Source: the human T2T-CHM13v2.0 reference genome, Homo sapiens. From it: DNA of 64,000 nucleotides. Under the pieces are notes generated by a model, which worked only from the letters and a program-made list of their open reading frames with translations, ran no database searches and was not told where the DNA came from. Where the stretch lies: NCBI RefSeq assembly GCF_009914755.1, contig NC_060928.1; one strand, given 5' to 3'. The position numbers and the translations under genes were made by a program. How positions within the stretch are numbered: the first letter of the stretch is position 1; each line of letters opens with the position of its first letter. Of this stretch, positions 40,341-54,409 are shown in pieces.

Positions 40341-41029
40341 AAAGAATAGTTTTATAATAAATTCAGTCTGTTTTGATTGCTCAGCATTTATTCACAGCTT
40401 TATCATAATTGTCTTTTGAATTCTGCCTAATAAAATGTCACTATCCCAAATGAAATATGCACAAATATGCGATTTTATGTGTGTAGGGCAACCCAAAGAC
40501 TTACCTAATCACTACACCTAGCTTGAAGCCCAGAATTTGGAGATGTTATTCAGGCTTGGATATAGCCTCTTATTATTCTACTACTTATCCTAAGTGCTAC
40601 ATTATATGTCTACCAAAAGCACTCTCTATATAATGCTACAGGGAATATAATTACTGAAAAATACCACATCTATTTCAGAGATGGAGTAATAAACATTAGC
40701 CTTTTAACTAAAACAACAACAAAAGAAACAAATACAAAACCCCAAGGAATTCTAATATGGCAGTGTGGGGAGTTAATTGCTAAGTCAATCTATGTTCTTT
40801 GAGCTTTTTCCTGAGAGATTATTTTTGTTCAAGGCCAATTGTGCAATGGCTATTGAGAGAATTTTTCTTTAGCCTATGAATTGTCTCAAGCACTTGCAAA
40901 GGTTAACCTAAATGTATTAATTTAGAACTGTGACAATAGACTTGCTTTAAGCTGAAGTCTACCAACATTTCTTTGAACTAAGAGCATCAAACATTTATTT
41001 TAATATCATGACTTTTGAAATTAGACCTT

Positions 41030-41610
41030 GCTCTTGAAGATTCTAGGTCTGGCCAGCAGGCTTCAGGGCTTAGCCTCCAGTTGGCTTCTGCCTAGGGGAA
41101 GAATGGCATGGGTTATGAGGGAGTGTCAGAGCCTGCTTCCCTGAGCTGCTTCACTAGGGCCGGGTATGAGGAGACATATATAATTATCACTTTTGCCAGA
41201 GGGATGGACTTTGTGTTCTGGTTTCCTCTCTAGCTAGGCTTCTTGTCCCTCTACCTCTTTTTATGCTGACCTTATATTTGAGCAAAGAAGGTAGCTTTTA
41301 CACATTTTCAAAGGACAGGATTATCCAATGACTCCTTCCTGGTATGTGGTTTTATACCAGTTAGGGCCTTACCTCGCAGGGCTAATTTTTTTTTTGGACT
41401 GAGACTTAAGCCATGTTTGTAGGGTGACCATGAGCAGTAGCCAAGAAAATTCAACATCCTTATATTTTCAATCAATTCACTTGTTCAATATGCTTGTTCT
41501 TGGAGTTCCTAAATAGAAAAATATCCTTCCTAACAAGGTGTTTTGCCATCCCAGAATACAGGTTGCCATCCTGTGAAGTAAGGGTTGGGTTATAATCACT
41601 ATGCTTCAAT
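41030..41610 (-). mobile_element. Possible MamGypsy-type LTR relic
   Basis: GC-richer block with CAGGATTATCCAATGACTCCTTCCTGG and GGGCCTTACCTCGCAGGGCT, resembling recalled MamGypLTR reverse strand. Confidence 0.4.
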
Positions 41611-43417
41611 CCCACTGTGACTGAGCCAATCTTACAGTTTAGAAACTTTTACATACAATAAGTCTAATACTTTATAATTTTTCTATCTATCATGATTCTT
41701 CTGCATGCAAGTGACAAAAGTCTATAGCTAATTAGCTTTAACCGAAAAGTGAATTGTATTTGTTTCTTTAATTGGATATCATGAAGTTGAATTAGCTGTG
41801 CTGTTCTCATTGTTTCCAGAAATGCCTTTTTTAATCTTTCTCTTATACTTGCAATTTCCTTACATATTGGCTTTGTTTGCAGGTAGCTTTTCTGCACCTG
41901 GTGGCTAAGAGGAACAATTTTTTCCAAGCCAGACATTGTTTCAGGCAGATGATAATAAGGGAATGTTTACCCTGGGGTTGCACAAAGTGGCAGGGCTCTG
42001 ATTAGGCACTGCAAATTCAGCAAGATCAGAAAGACAAAAATCCATGACCCAAAGCAGCTGAGATTCTAGAGAGGTAGGACCAACAATAATAAATGATTGT
42101 TTAGCATATGTAATATCTCAGATGGTGATAAATTCAGTGGGAAGAAATTATCTGTAGAGGAGAGAATGTTCACAGAGAGTGCCAGGACTAACTTATTCTA
42201 CAGAAGAGCTTGAATTCTAGTAAAGGAAGACAAACAAACAATAAATAAATGAATGACATATATACTATTTCAGTTGATGATAGTTTCTGTAGAAAAGATT
42301 TAAATGTGTGTTCATAAAGAAGAGAAAGCTCTTAAGGAGTGCCAGGATTGCCTAGAAGGAAAGAGATAATCTGTCTCAGGGTGTATAAATCCCGATTCTT
42401 TGCCCTCTATCAATAACTATCTCTGGAGAATAGGGTATTTTTCCCAGTTACTATTTCTGAAGTGAGAAAGGTAGGGCCTCTTGAACAACAGAACATTCAA
42501 GGAAGGAAGGAGGGAAGGGGGAAGGCTGCTTCTGGAGGGAAAAGAAAAGTATTGTTTCTAGACATAATGGTTTAGGATTTTAATCAGAAATGACAGAAAA
42601 AGTTCCATTCAAAATACTCTTTAAAGAGTAGATTTGAGGGTGATACTTCCCCAGAACTATTTCTCTCTGCACGATTACAACACTGTGTTTATGCTGGATT
42701 AGTTTCAGTATTGTCCTAAAGCTGCTAACCTTATAATGTTAAAATAATACTTCAGTCTTCATTGATCTAAAGTTACTCTTTGCTTAATGAAAAATCAAGA
42801 AAATTTCTTATTTTCTGTGTTTATGTTATACTTGTTCTCTTGGAACTTGAAGAAGATATTTCTTAGCAAATATTACAGACAGTAGGAGTTTTAGCTTCTC
42901 TGTCTGTCTCCACAATATTCAAATCAATGAGGGTATGCCAAAGAAAAGATACTATGTTTTCTTCATAAACCCCAAATGCAGCTCTCGGTAACATGCCTTC
43001 AGTAGAACCAAACTAACACAAAACTCAAGCAAAAACTTGCTATAGGTTTTGATTACACAATTGCCACAGAATCAAAGTTTAGGGTTTTCTAGAACATCTT
43101 TGCTTTCCCATCCGAAACTATTTTTGTCTCTCTCAGCATACTATTTCTGGATGATTTCAGGAACCTCCATGGCCTCAATAAAAAAACAGATTTCTGATTT
43201 TCAAAACACGTAGTTCCATGCCTTTTAAACACCACAATTTTCTTGAAATTCAGTCGACTTTAATTTCCATTTGCACAATAGCCAATTTTTATCTAAAGTT
43301 ATCTCTTTATATAATATGATATTTTATATGGCTAATAAGAAGCAATGCTCACTATTATTTCACTCTCTTCAATCCTCTAGAAGTTATTATGCAACAGTTT
43401 TGCCAAACTTTTCACTT

Positions 43418-43567
43418 TGAAATAAAAGGACCTTTCAATATCTGCTTCTTTGCTGTCTGTTATTAAATGTTAAGCCAATTACTCTTCCTTCTTTCCTTCC
43501 TTCCTTCTGAAATAAAAGGACCTTTCAATATCTGCTTCTTTGCTGTCTGTTATTAAATGTTAAGCCA
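43418..43567 (+). repeat. Perfect 60-bp direct repeat, two copies, 30-bp spacer
   Basis: TGAAATAAAAGGACCTTTCAATATCTGCTTCTTTGCTGTCTGTTATTAAATGTTAAGCCA at 43418-43477 and 43508-43567. Confidence 0.97.
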
Positions 43568-43652
43568 GCCTCCCTCCCTTCCTTCCTTCCTTCTTTCCTT
43601 CCTTCTTCCTTCCTTCCTTCCTCCCTCCCTCCTTCCCCTACTCCCTCCCTTC
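43568..43652. repeat. (CCTT/CCCT)n repeat
   Basis: Direct reading. Confidence 0.93.
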
Positions 43653-44012
43653 TGTCTTAGTCTGTTTTCACACTGCTATAAATACCTGAGACTGGGTAAT
43701 TTATAAAGGAAAGAGTTATAATTAACTCACAGTTCTGCATGGCTGGAGAGGCCTCAGGAAACTTACAATCATGGCAGAAGGTGAAGGGGAAGCAAGGCAC
43801 ATCCTACATGGCAGCAAGAGAGACAGAGTGCAGGGGAAACTGCCATTTTTAAAACTGTCAGATTTCATGAGAACTCTCTCACTATCATGAGAACAGCATG
43901 AGGGAAACTGCCCCCCATTTTCCAATCACCTCCTACGAGGTCCCTCCCTCAATACATGGGGGTTACAATTTGAGATGAGATTTGGGTGGGGACACAGAGC
44001 TAAACCATATTA
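43653..44012 (-). mobile_element. THE1 (C/D-like) solo LTR
   Basis: TGTCTTAGTCTGTTTTCACACTGCTATA...GAGGCCTCAGGAAACTTACAATCATGGCAGAAGG...GAGATTTGGGTGGGGACACAG..AAACCATATTA; flanks CCTTC/CCCTC. Confidence 0.92.
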
Positions 44013-44079
44013 CCCTCCTTCCTTCTTTCTATTATTATTATTTTGCATGGCATAACCTCATTTAACACATAATTTTTAT

Positions 44080-44721
<642 letters not shown>

Positions 44722-44839
44722 AACAAACTACCTTTAATATAGGCTTTTAAAATGTAATAGGTCAAAAAATTGTTAATGTTGCTTTTAAAGGGAAACAAAA
44801 TAGATTCTATTCCCAAAACTGAAACTGAAATTGCATTGA

Positions 44840-45398
44840 GAGTGATTTTTCTAAAACTCAGAAACTCTAAAACTCAAATCTGATTATTCTGAAACCCTGT
44901 TTATAAAACCCCCAATGCTTTCTCATTGCTGTGAAGATAAAATGTAAACTACTTAATGTAGTCTACATGGTCTTTCTTGAGTTGCTTCAGTAACCCTCCT
45001 AGGCTCCTCTCACACTCTGAACTCCTTCAGACACAACTTCCTCCATAGATTATGCCAGTGAAGTGCTTTCATTTTTGTTGTTGCTGTCCTTTGCCCATTT
45101 TTCTCCATCTCTCTGGTATAGTCTCCCCTGCTTCCAGTGATTTATTTCTACTTCCTGTTAAAATTTCATCTTAGCTTTTATTACTTCTTCATGGAATTTT
45201 ATTTCTTCCCAAAAGTAATATTAACATTATTTTTTCTTGACCTAACATTGTGAATCCTAAATGCCTATATAATTGTTTCTAGATGTCAACTTTAACCTGT
45301 TTGTGAGCAGGAACTTCATCCTGCTTACTATTCTACATCCTTAGGTCTTAGCACATAGAAAGAGCTTAGTAGATGTCTGTAAATATATGAATGAATGA
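44840..45398 (+). mobile_element. L2 3' end
   Basis: CAAATCTGATTA...CTTTCTCATTGC...GTGAGCAGGAAC...TAGCACATAG...GAATGAATGA. Confidence 0.7.
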
Positions 45399-45502
45399 TA
45401 GATATGATCTTTCATGTAAAGCCATATTTACCTAGCTTTAAATTCTTGGTTGTTAATTTCAAATTTTTAGAGCTGCTATAAAATACTCTATTGACAAATG
45501 AA

Positions 45503-45574
45503 TCCTATCAGTGATAGACTGGATAAAGAAAATGTGGCACATACACACCGTGGAATACGATGCAGCCAAAAAAA
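45503..45574 (+). mobile_element. Isolated about 70-bp L1PA ORF2 3' fragment
   Basis: ATCAGTGATAGACTGGATAAAGAAAATGTGGCACATACACACCGTGGAATACGATGCAGCCAAAAAAA closely matches primate L1 ORF2 C-terminal sequence (DWIKKMWHI). Confidence 0.88.
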
Positions 45575-45740
45575 GGTTTTCTGTTTTCCATGAAATATTA
45601 CCAGATTTCTAAAATCCTGTTTATCAAATAGGATAAGTTTATGCAATTCCAGGAAGCATCTGCCTAATGACTGGAAAGAAGGTAACAGTGACAGTATCCT
45701 CTTCGTGGAAAGTCAGTCTCATAATCCAAAGATCTTTTTC

Positions 45741-45742
<2 letters not shown>

Positions 45743-45825
<83 letters not shown>
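45743..45825. repeat. Compound (AT)20(CA)21 microsatellite
   Basis: Direct reading. Confidence 0.97.
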
Positions 45826-45831
<6 letters not shown>

Positions 45832-47328
45832 TATACTTATATGAGAACAAATTATAAATAAATGTAAGTTAAGGCATTAAACAATTATGTCATTACATTA
45901 AGTTTTTGTATTTAGTTATTATAGCATTGTATTAAAAGAGCATCACATTATGTTGGTCTCAAAATACAGGCAAAGACAGGTATAGAAGCAATTATATTTC
46001 CTTTTGAACTTGACATCAACTTACTTCAAATGTGTAGATACACTTACTAAATAATTTTGTAGACTTTAACCTAAATCTATAAAAGTTAGCAGCCAAATTA
46101 CTAATTTTCAGTAATATAAAAAATACAAGAAACAAGACAAGATAGGATCATTTTCATAGACTTATTTTCATATATTATTTTGTTAAAATAGGAAATCTTT
46201 CAATCAGAAAACAGGCATTTATACGGTATCTATGTCTTGGTTAGAGCTCTCATTTATTATTTTTTGGTCTTTTTCAAAAATCCACTTGAAATGAGTAAGA
46301 ATGCTTTCTATGCTATAAAACATTTATTGTATGAATATTAAAAAGGAGTTAGTAGCTTTCTCAAACTAACATCAAATATAGTATTAGAAAATTGAATATA
46401 TAAAGGCTTTTGATAAAGTAAATGGCATAAAATATTTAGTTTTAAGACATTCGTGATACCAATCTCAGAAACCATGAGATGTCACTTAACTTTAAATTAG
46501 TTGCAATATATTTAGAATTATTTTATGTGGTCCTATTTAATTGTCTTTATTTCATGCCTTGCATAACATATTAAAAATATTTAAGTAAATATTCTAAGAC
46601 TTGGCTCCCAACTCTGCTGTCTCACTTGATTCACACAATTTCTTGCTCCAAATAGGCTGGAAATTCAAATAATATCACAGTCTTCTATTTAAAATAACAA
46701 ACTCTTTGATACCTTTAAATTCTTTATTATAGCCTTTTTTAAAACAAATTTCCAAATACCTCAAGCTCAGAGCTCCTGTACATGTGCTTTACACCTCTAT
46801 CTGTAACTTATTTTTTCTATGTCTTTCTATGGAACACAAATTTCCATCATTCAAATCTTAATTTTAAAAAGCATTTCTTCAGAAAGTTCCTGTCAGGAAC
46901 TATGTCTACCACTGTGTCTCCAGACTTCATATTCTTGTCTGACACAAAGTACACATTCATTAGATAATTTTGCATAATTACAATTAGGTGTGAGCACTTG
47001 TCTACCAAGGTTGAAGTAACAGGAGCCATCTTCCTGATGCTGGCAATAAGTGTGTGCAGAGTCTTTAAAAAACTTCAAATTTATATTATTTCACTAATAA
47101 TTCTGAGTACACATTATGTCTCCAAACTTTACAGTGCTTTGGTAGACTTGAAATAAACACAGAAATTGTGAGCATACAGTCAAAGAATAGGCAATGCTTC
47201 AATACTCTTATTTGTGACCACTTGAAATTTTAATAATTTTTTATCAATTATCATTTTATTAATGTTTAATATTTAAAATGGTGAAAGGTGCAAAGTATAT
47301 ATATATTTTTAGAAATATGCTAATATAA

Positions 47329-47638
<310 letters not shown>

Positions 47639-48189
47639 AATTAAAAGTATTATTTGATAACTTTTTCCATTTGAATAATGAAATTTTTTTTATTTCTTAT
47701 TTTTACTTAAATCCATCGGCTCTGTTATAAACAGAAAACTCAATAAAAATATTAACAGTTGCATTCTCTTTGTGTTGTTATTAATATTATCCGCTTGATT
47801 TATTATAACAACAATAATTTTGTTTATAGAGGAGATGGGTGTTAAAAGTCATCTGCTCTCGTTGTTGTTATTATTATACCTTGGGAATGACTTCAACGTT
47901 TTTCATCTTCATATTACCATTGAATTTAAAAATTTAAAAACTATATAAATCTGTACCATTCAATGAGTTTAATAGAACTTGGAGCCTTAGCTCTCCCTAC
48001 ATTAATCGGTATTCTTCCATTTTTAAATTGTGTGTGCCGCCCTCATGAGAATGAAGGACATATACATAATCTATTGACTGTGACGTGTAAATATAAAACA
48101 ATTTAATTCTAGGAGACAGTATTACTTAATAAATTGAAAATATGGATGCAGAATATTATGTTGCTTAAAGTAGAAGCTGTCTCACCACA

Positions 48190-48410
48190 TAAACCTGAGT
48201 TCAGTTCACCTTTTGCCTTTTTATCAACTAGCTCTGTAACTGTTTAAATCTAATTTTTAATTTTATATATTAGATCTAATATATAATTTTTGCCTCAGTT
48301 TTCTCATTTGTTTTAGGGGTATATAAATAGTGTCTACCTCACATGCTTTTTTTGATGATTAAACAACCTCAAGCATATAAAATATTAACCTAAAATGGCC
48401 ATTAATAAAT
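48190..48410 (+). mobile_element. MIR
   Basis: CTAGCTCTGTAAC...TGCCTCAGTTTTCTCATTTGT...CTACCTCAC. Confidence 0.7.
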
Positions 48411-51400
48411 AATTCACCTAATTTTCATTGCCAGCAATTATGTTATCATTATCAAAATAATTAACAAAAGAAAATAGTTAAGTTCATATATTATAGAGAA
48501 ACACCGCTACCAAACAGCATATATTTATGCAAACAAAAGCAAATTTGTTTAATCATAGTTATGATATTTAGCCTATAATATTTGTGTTTCAACTTGGAAC
48601 AAAGATGAAGAAGAACAGCACTGATCCACAGATTCATTCCAGTTCAGTGTTATCATTAGACAACTCTGAATTTGTAAGATTTTATTTGTGTATTAAATGT
48701 TGGCTATTAAGGAGAATTATACTCATAGAAGCCTAGACTTGTAGGTAGAAAAAGAAAATTCAGATTGGAATATATATTTTAGGAGTTGCTTTCAATAATT
48801 AATAACATAAAATGCTTTTATTTTATGAGTAACCAAGATGAACTGAAATGCAATATATAAGGCTATAACCTTTGTTCTTCAGAAGAAGAGAGAAATCTAT
48901 AGTTTATTCAGAGATTACATTACATTAATTTTTAGCTTAGTGTAGTATTATAGAACATAAAACAAACAGAGTGGTTGCTAGAAGATGGATCTGTAAAATT
49001 AGTTTTGGGCTTCATGTAAATTTTGGAAGTATGTACAGAGAATGAAAAAGGCTGTGATCAACTCCTGAACTTAAATATATAAGCTCCCTGGAAATCAGTG
49101 TTTGATTTTGTAAAATGAAAATAACACTCTCTTCCAATTCTCTAGAGAGGCTCTAAGCAAGTAAAATATTTTTAACACATTTGGTAAGTTTAGAAGTGAA
49201 ACAAAAATCTAGTTTTAATATTACCAGATAACACAATAATAAGGAAATTTGAACATCTCTAAATTTACAAACAAGCATAACTTTTTTTCTGAATTCCCTA
49301 CCGAGATCATCACATTGTACAACAAAATATAACTTTCAGTGGATTTTAAATAGCAAAACTAGCCTCCGCCTGTCATGTTTCTTTCTAAGTGAATAGGTGT
49401 CCTGAAGATGGATATTGCTCTAGCAACAGGATAAGTTATAAAACTTTGATGTGTTTCATGCATTTGTTGATAACTGATTAATTTATCCTACCCGGCTCTT
49501 GATCCACTCTCTGTAATAAAATGATGTACAATGCTTTGCAGTATAGACAACCACATAAAGACACTATAGAATATCACAGCAGCATCTGCTATTATGAAGC
49601 AGAGAGCAGAGATAAAAGCTTTGGTAGCAGGCTTAATAGAAGCTAGCATTTTGTATTTAGCAATGATAAGTAATAATGAAAGAAAAGAAGCAAAAATTGT
49701 GTTTTGTAGCATTATTGGCTGTTACTCATAGCCCCTCAGCCAGGGTTACGGGTGTGGGTCATGGAATTCTGGGTTCCTTGGCTGTACTTGGCAAGTAAAC
49801 TATTTTAACATCTGAATACTTAAAGCTCCACTAGATGCACAAAAATGTCTAAAAGAGGGAGGAACTACTTTTAGGTTAATGCGTTTGTGATTATACATAT
49901 AAACAGAAATGAACAACTTTACTTTTCTAAACATTATGTGAAATGTATGCTACACCAGCTAAAGTGTTTCATTCTATGCATTAGTAACATTAGATCCATT
50001 AAACAGTTTTGCTAAAATAAAAATATATATTTGAGAGGAAAAAGTGAATACAAGGTAGAATAAAACTTAATAGAATGAATTATTTTAAAGTATACTTCAG
50101 CGACATTATTCAGATATATCTAACCTAATCATTAACAACTCTACCCGTTTGTATAGGAATATCTAGTTAATAACTTTTAAAAGTGTAAAGGTAATAGTTA
50201 TGAAGATACTTCTTTATTCATGAAGATAATTGCTCCCTTTTTCAGGCAGAGTTAGTTATCCTTCTGCATGCATTCCATTTTATTCTCTGATTGAAGAAGA
50301 TGAATCTTTATTTTCATAGATTTGAGCTGTATTTTCTTTTCACTCTCTCTATGTCAGAAATGTATGTACTGTGAAATCAAGTTTTAGCATTCAGTGATTT
50401 CTTAACACTTTCATTTAGTGACTAGACACAGAACAAAGATTTGTGTGTTTATTAGTCACTTCTAAAAGTAATTTTGAGTTTAGAGTCTGCCAGGGCAGGA
50501 TATGAGTCCTAGGTTACATTGTATTTAAAAGAAGATTCACAGTAATATACTTCAGACATCAAGTCTGTGTATGCACAATGTATGGAATTAAATAATATTT
50601 GCTCTGTTGTGTGGTAGAAACCACTGCGATGTGTTTTACTTTGGGATTCTCATATTATTTTACTTTTCAAGGAGCTGAGTAACATTTCTAAATGAGTGTT
50701 CTTGATAAATCTAAGTGGACTCAGCAGGATGTCTCAAAATATTCCCTCTTGCCCTGCTAGCAAAGCATCCAAAGATATTTTTACTCAGTATGCAGAAGTC
50801 CTTATAACCTTCTTCCACTTGAGGGTTCCTTATACTCCCATACAGGGAAGAATCTTGGAATATCTCTCCGACTGTGAGAGTTTTCTGCAGTGAGAAGGCA
50901 TTTGAGATATATTTAACTCCACAAGCTGTCACACTGTGAATCTATAGGGGAGAGAGACCTGCAGAGGTCTTATTATGAGACTCTTCTAATAGTGTGATAG
51001 CAGTGGTAACAGGCAACAAAACCTGATGTCATGGATGGGAGTAAAGCATTACCTTGGATTTCTAATGCCTAATGTTAAAAGACAGGTGTGTTTTTCCATA
51101 TTTCTTATGGAAATATCTGGCTTATTCTTTTATAATCATATCATATATCCTCCTCACTGAGGAACCTTACATAGCTAGATAACTAATATCATCTCCTTTG
51201 TAGATCGAAGGAAGGATCTGAAGTGGGTCAAATTAGATATTTACAAGGAATATTTTTACAGCAACTTCTATTATGAGTGATGCTAATATTCAAGAATTCT
51301 AATTTATTTAGCAAATAAATGCATTTTGCACAATTAATTTTCATTATTTTAACAAGGCCTTTTTCATCCTTCTTTCGTCCTGAATCTGCTTCTACTTCCT

Positions 51401-53784
51401 TATTTTCCTGCTGTTAAATCCCCTGCACAGCCTTGGCAGAAAGACTTATAGATGAAGAAAAAAAAGATACCTGACAAAGATGAGGAAATCAAAAACTTTC
51501 AAATGCTCAGTGTTCATCAGCACAGCATATACAATTTTCCAATTTATATGTTAGCAGATTTTCTAATGATATTACATGTTTTATGAACACACCAGGACAA
51601 ATTCTGTTGGAATTTTAAAATGGAAAATTATAATTTAGTATAATATTTTTATTAGGCTCATTTTCCATAAGTTTTCATTTTAAAATTCCAAAAGGAGCTG
51701 CTTTCTAATTGTAGTAGCCACAGAAACACATTTGGAATATTAATCGTAATAAAAAATTTCATTTCTATAAGGAGTGCAATCTCTTTTTTTGAACATGTGG
51801 CCTGTTTATCTTAGTTCTTTTCACACTATTAAAGATTCAATATGAGAAGCCATGGGATGGCCCGACTTCATTAACAATGAAACTCAGAAACATGTTACTA
51901 CAGGATGGCTGGAAATTTCTTTTTATCAATATAGGTATTAAGGTTGACATGTCACCTGTCAATCCTAGCCCCACTTCCCCCACTAGCCTAGAACTCTATA
52001 AAAGACAGGAAAACTATAGTTCTGGACGGTTCCAGCCTTGCAATATCCACATTTTGCTAGGCATTTTGAATATATGCCATTTTCTAAGGCATGGCTACCA
52101 TGACCAATGGACTCAAAGCAGTGATAGCCACCTAAATGAGTTGGTGTTATTCACAGTCATAGGAGACTGAAAGTTCAAGTATGTGATTTAGGTACTGCCA
52201 ATATCTATATTCCACCCTTCAAGGAAGTTTTATTTCCCTTCTCATGATTATTGTCTCTGTAAAAGTACTATTTATTTTGTCCAAAATTTAAAGAAAACTT
52301 TAAGTGCTAGCAATCAAGTTAAGTTCTCTATATATGAAGTGTGTTAGATGTAGAAGACTACATTAATGGTCAGTCAGAACCTGATATGTTTGACCATCCA
52401 TTCTCAAATACCATTTCAATTTCAATTCAATTCAATGTAATTACAAATGTAAAATTGTAAAGATCATGTTAGGAGAGAGGGAAGGTAATTTCTAAATCTC
52501 ATTCAATCTATAAACCTCTCTGATTTAATGAAAACTTCTCTGAAAATTAATTTTAGTAGCAGAGGTAGAAAAAGCAGCATGAAAGCACCTACAGTCTGGT
52601 AGGTAACTTAGCTTAAGAAATCTAAAAACAAATTTTATACTTCCGAGTTACATTTTAATTAGGTTCTACACCTTCAGTGTTCTCTTTAGGATCTTCAAGG
52701 AGGGGAAGAGTTACACTGGTCCTTGATGAGATAATGTCTTTATTTTTCTGTCTTCAGCAACCAGTCTGATGAAGTTGATTTTTATTTTGCAAATAGCAAA
52801 GAAAAGTGAATTTTGTAACACATCGTACAGACCAAATGACATGTCTGAATTTTTTTATTAGAAAGCAATGTCATATATTAAGAATAAGATTTTATATAAT
52901 TGAATATATGTTTCCAAGGATAATAGCAGATAATTTTAATTTTTAAGCCACTAAAACCTGGATACTATTTTTTTTTTTCTGTAACTGAAGGGAGCTGCTA
53001 TAAAATGAGAAAGAAACTACATGCTTTGGAAACTTGGATTTAACAAGGAGTGCTAAAATTCAACCTTGCATTAGTCATTATAATTTTTTGACACTGTCTT
53101 AATGTGTGAAGGAAGAATTGAACTCTAGAGCTAGAAAGGGCATCATTAAAAGACAACATTGCCTTTCTGTATGACAGATATTAATATTAGATCATTTGCT
53201 TGGCTAGGAGCAGAGCTTATGAGGTGTATGGAGGCCACACAATTTGGTTGAGATTGAAAACCTTTCTTCCTATATTTCTTTCTTCTTCCTCTATGCTTTA
53301 CTGATGAGTTAAAAGAAATATGACTGAGTATTAATTGGTTTTGCTGCTGTATTCCACACTTGTTACAGAAAAGGTAATCCATTGAAATGCTCGATTCAAA
53401 TAAGTGCATTCTGTCTCCTATTCTGGAGGCTTTATAAACAAAACATTTTGTTTTATGTTATTCAGAAAATCCAACTTGTATAAAACCTTAGAAATTCCCT
53501 TACTTGCAATGTCTTCCTACCACACATACATGCATCAGCCAAACATAACTCAAAACAGCCAGTTATTTTCCTTTAAGAAGAAAGAAGATAGTTTATTTTG
53601 CATATTATTTTCACCGTCAAAGCTTAAATTTAATTAAGTCAAGAATTGATATGAGTCTGGTTCAGAATATATGCATGTTTTCCTCTCCAAAGTGCAGTTA
53701 AGAATAAAAGAGGGCAAGGGTAGGGAGTAATTTTTAACAGATGTTGATTCATTAGATTGCCTGAGTCACTGAGATACAGGCAGA

Positions 53785-54020
53785 GATAGATTGCCGTTAA
53801 GACTAATGAACCTGGAGCCCAACGGCCTGGGCTCAAAACCTGGCTCTACTACTTATTAGAAATGTGACCTGGCACAACTTACCTACCCTCTCTAGGTGTC
53901 AGCTTCCTCTCCTATTAGATAGAAACAATAATAATAGTACCTCTTTCCTACAGTTATTCTGAAAATTAAATGAGCTAATATTTCTATAGCATCTGGTCCT
54001 TCACAATGTTTTAAATATAA
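53785..54020 (+). mobile_element. MIR, near full length
   Basis: CTGGAGCCCAACGGCCTGGGCTCAAAACCTGGCTCTACTACTTATTAG..TGTGACC...ATAATAATAGTACCT...ATTAAATGAGCTAAT. Confidence 0.88.
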
Positions 54021-54409
54021 ATAACTGTTCTGTGTTATACAACATATAGTTGAGCTTCTTTTCCTTGTAACTTTTCTAACTTCTGAAAGCATTTGAGTTT
54101 GCACGTTCTGATTTAAGTGCTGACTTAAAATGATTTTGACCTTGATGCTAAATAAGGAACCATTCTTGATACTGCTGATATCTGTTTGGAGATAACTCTT
54201 CATGTTTCTCTGCCATTTCAGCATATGTTTCCAGAAGAAAAACTGATGGATCTTTATTTTGATCTGTCCTGGCAAGAATATTTTTGTAGTGAGTAGCCTT
54301 TGAAGAGAGAAGAAAGGACAGGCACGCTTCCTATCCACCTCAAAAGATTTGGTTTCCTAAGGCTTGGTGCTTCCTAAGTCCTGATCCATCATCTTCTTAA
54401 TAGATAATA

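Noticed and set aside
43418-43567. Repeat-spacer-repeat resembling a CRISPR unit
   Set aside because: Only two 60-bp copies, a microsatellite spacer, primate context and no cas genes.
53892-54338. 148-aa minus-strand ORF
   Set aside because: Non-ATG start, runs into a MIR, no recognisable domain.
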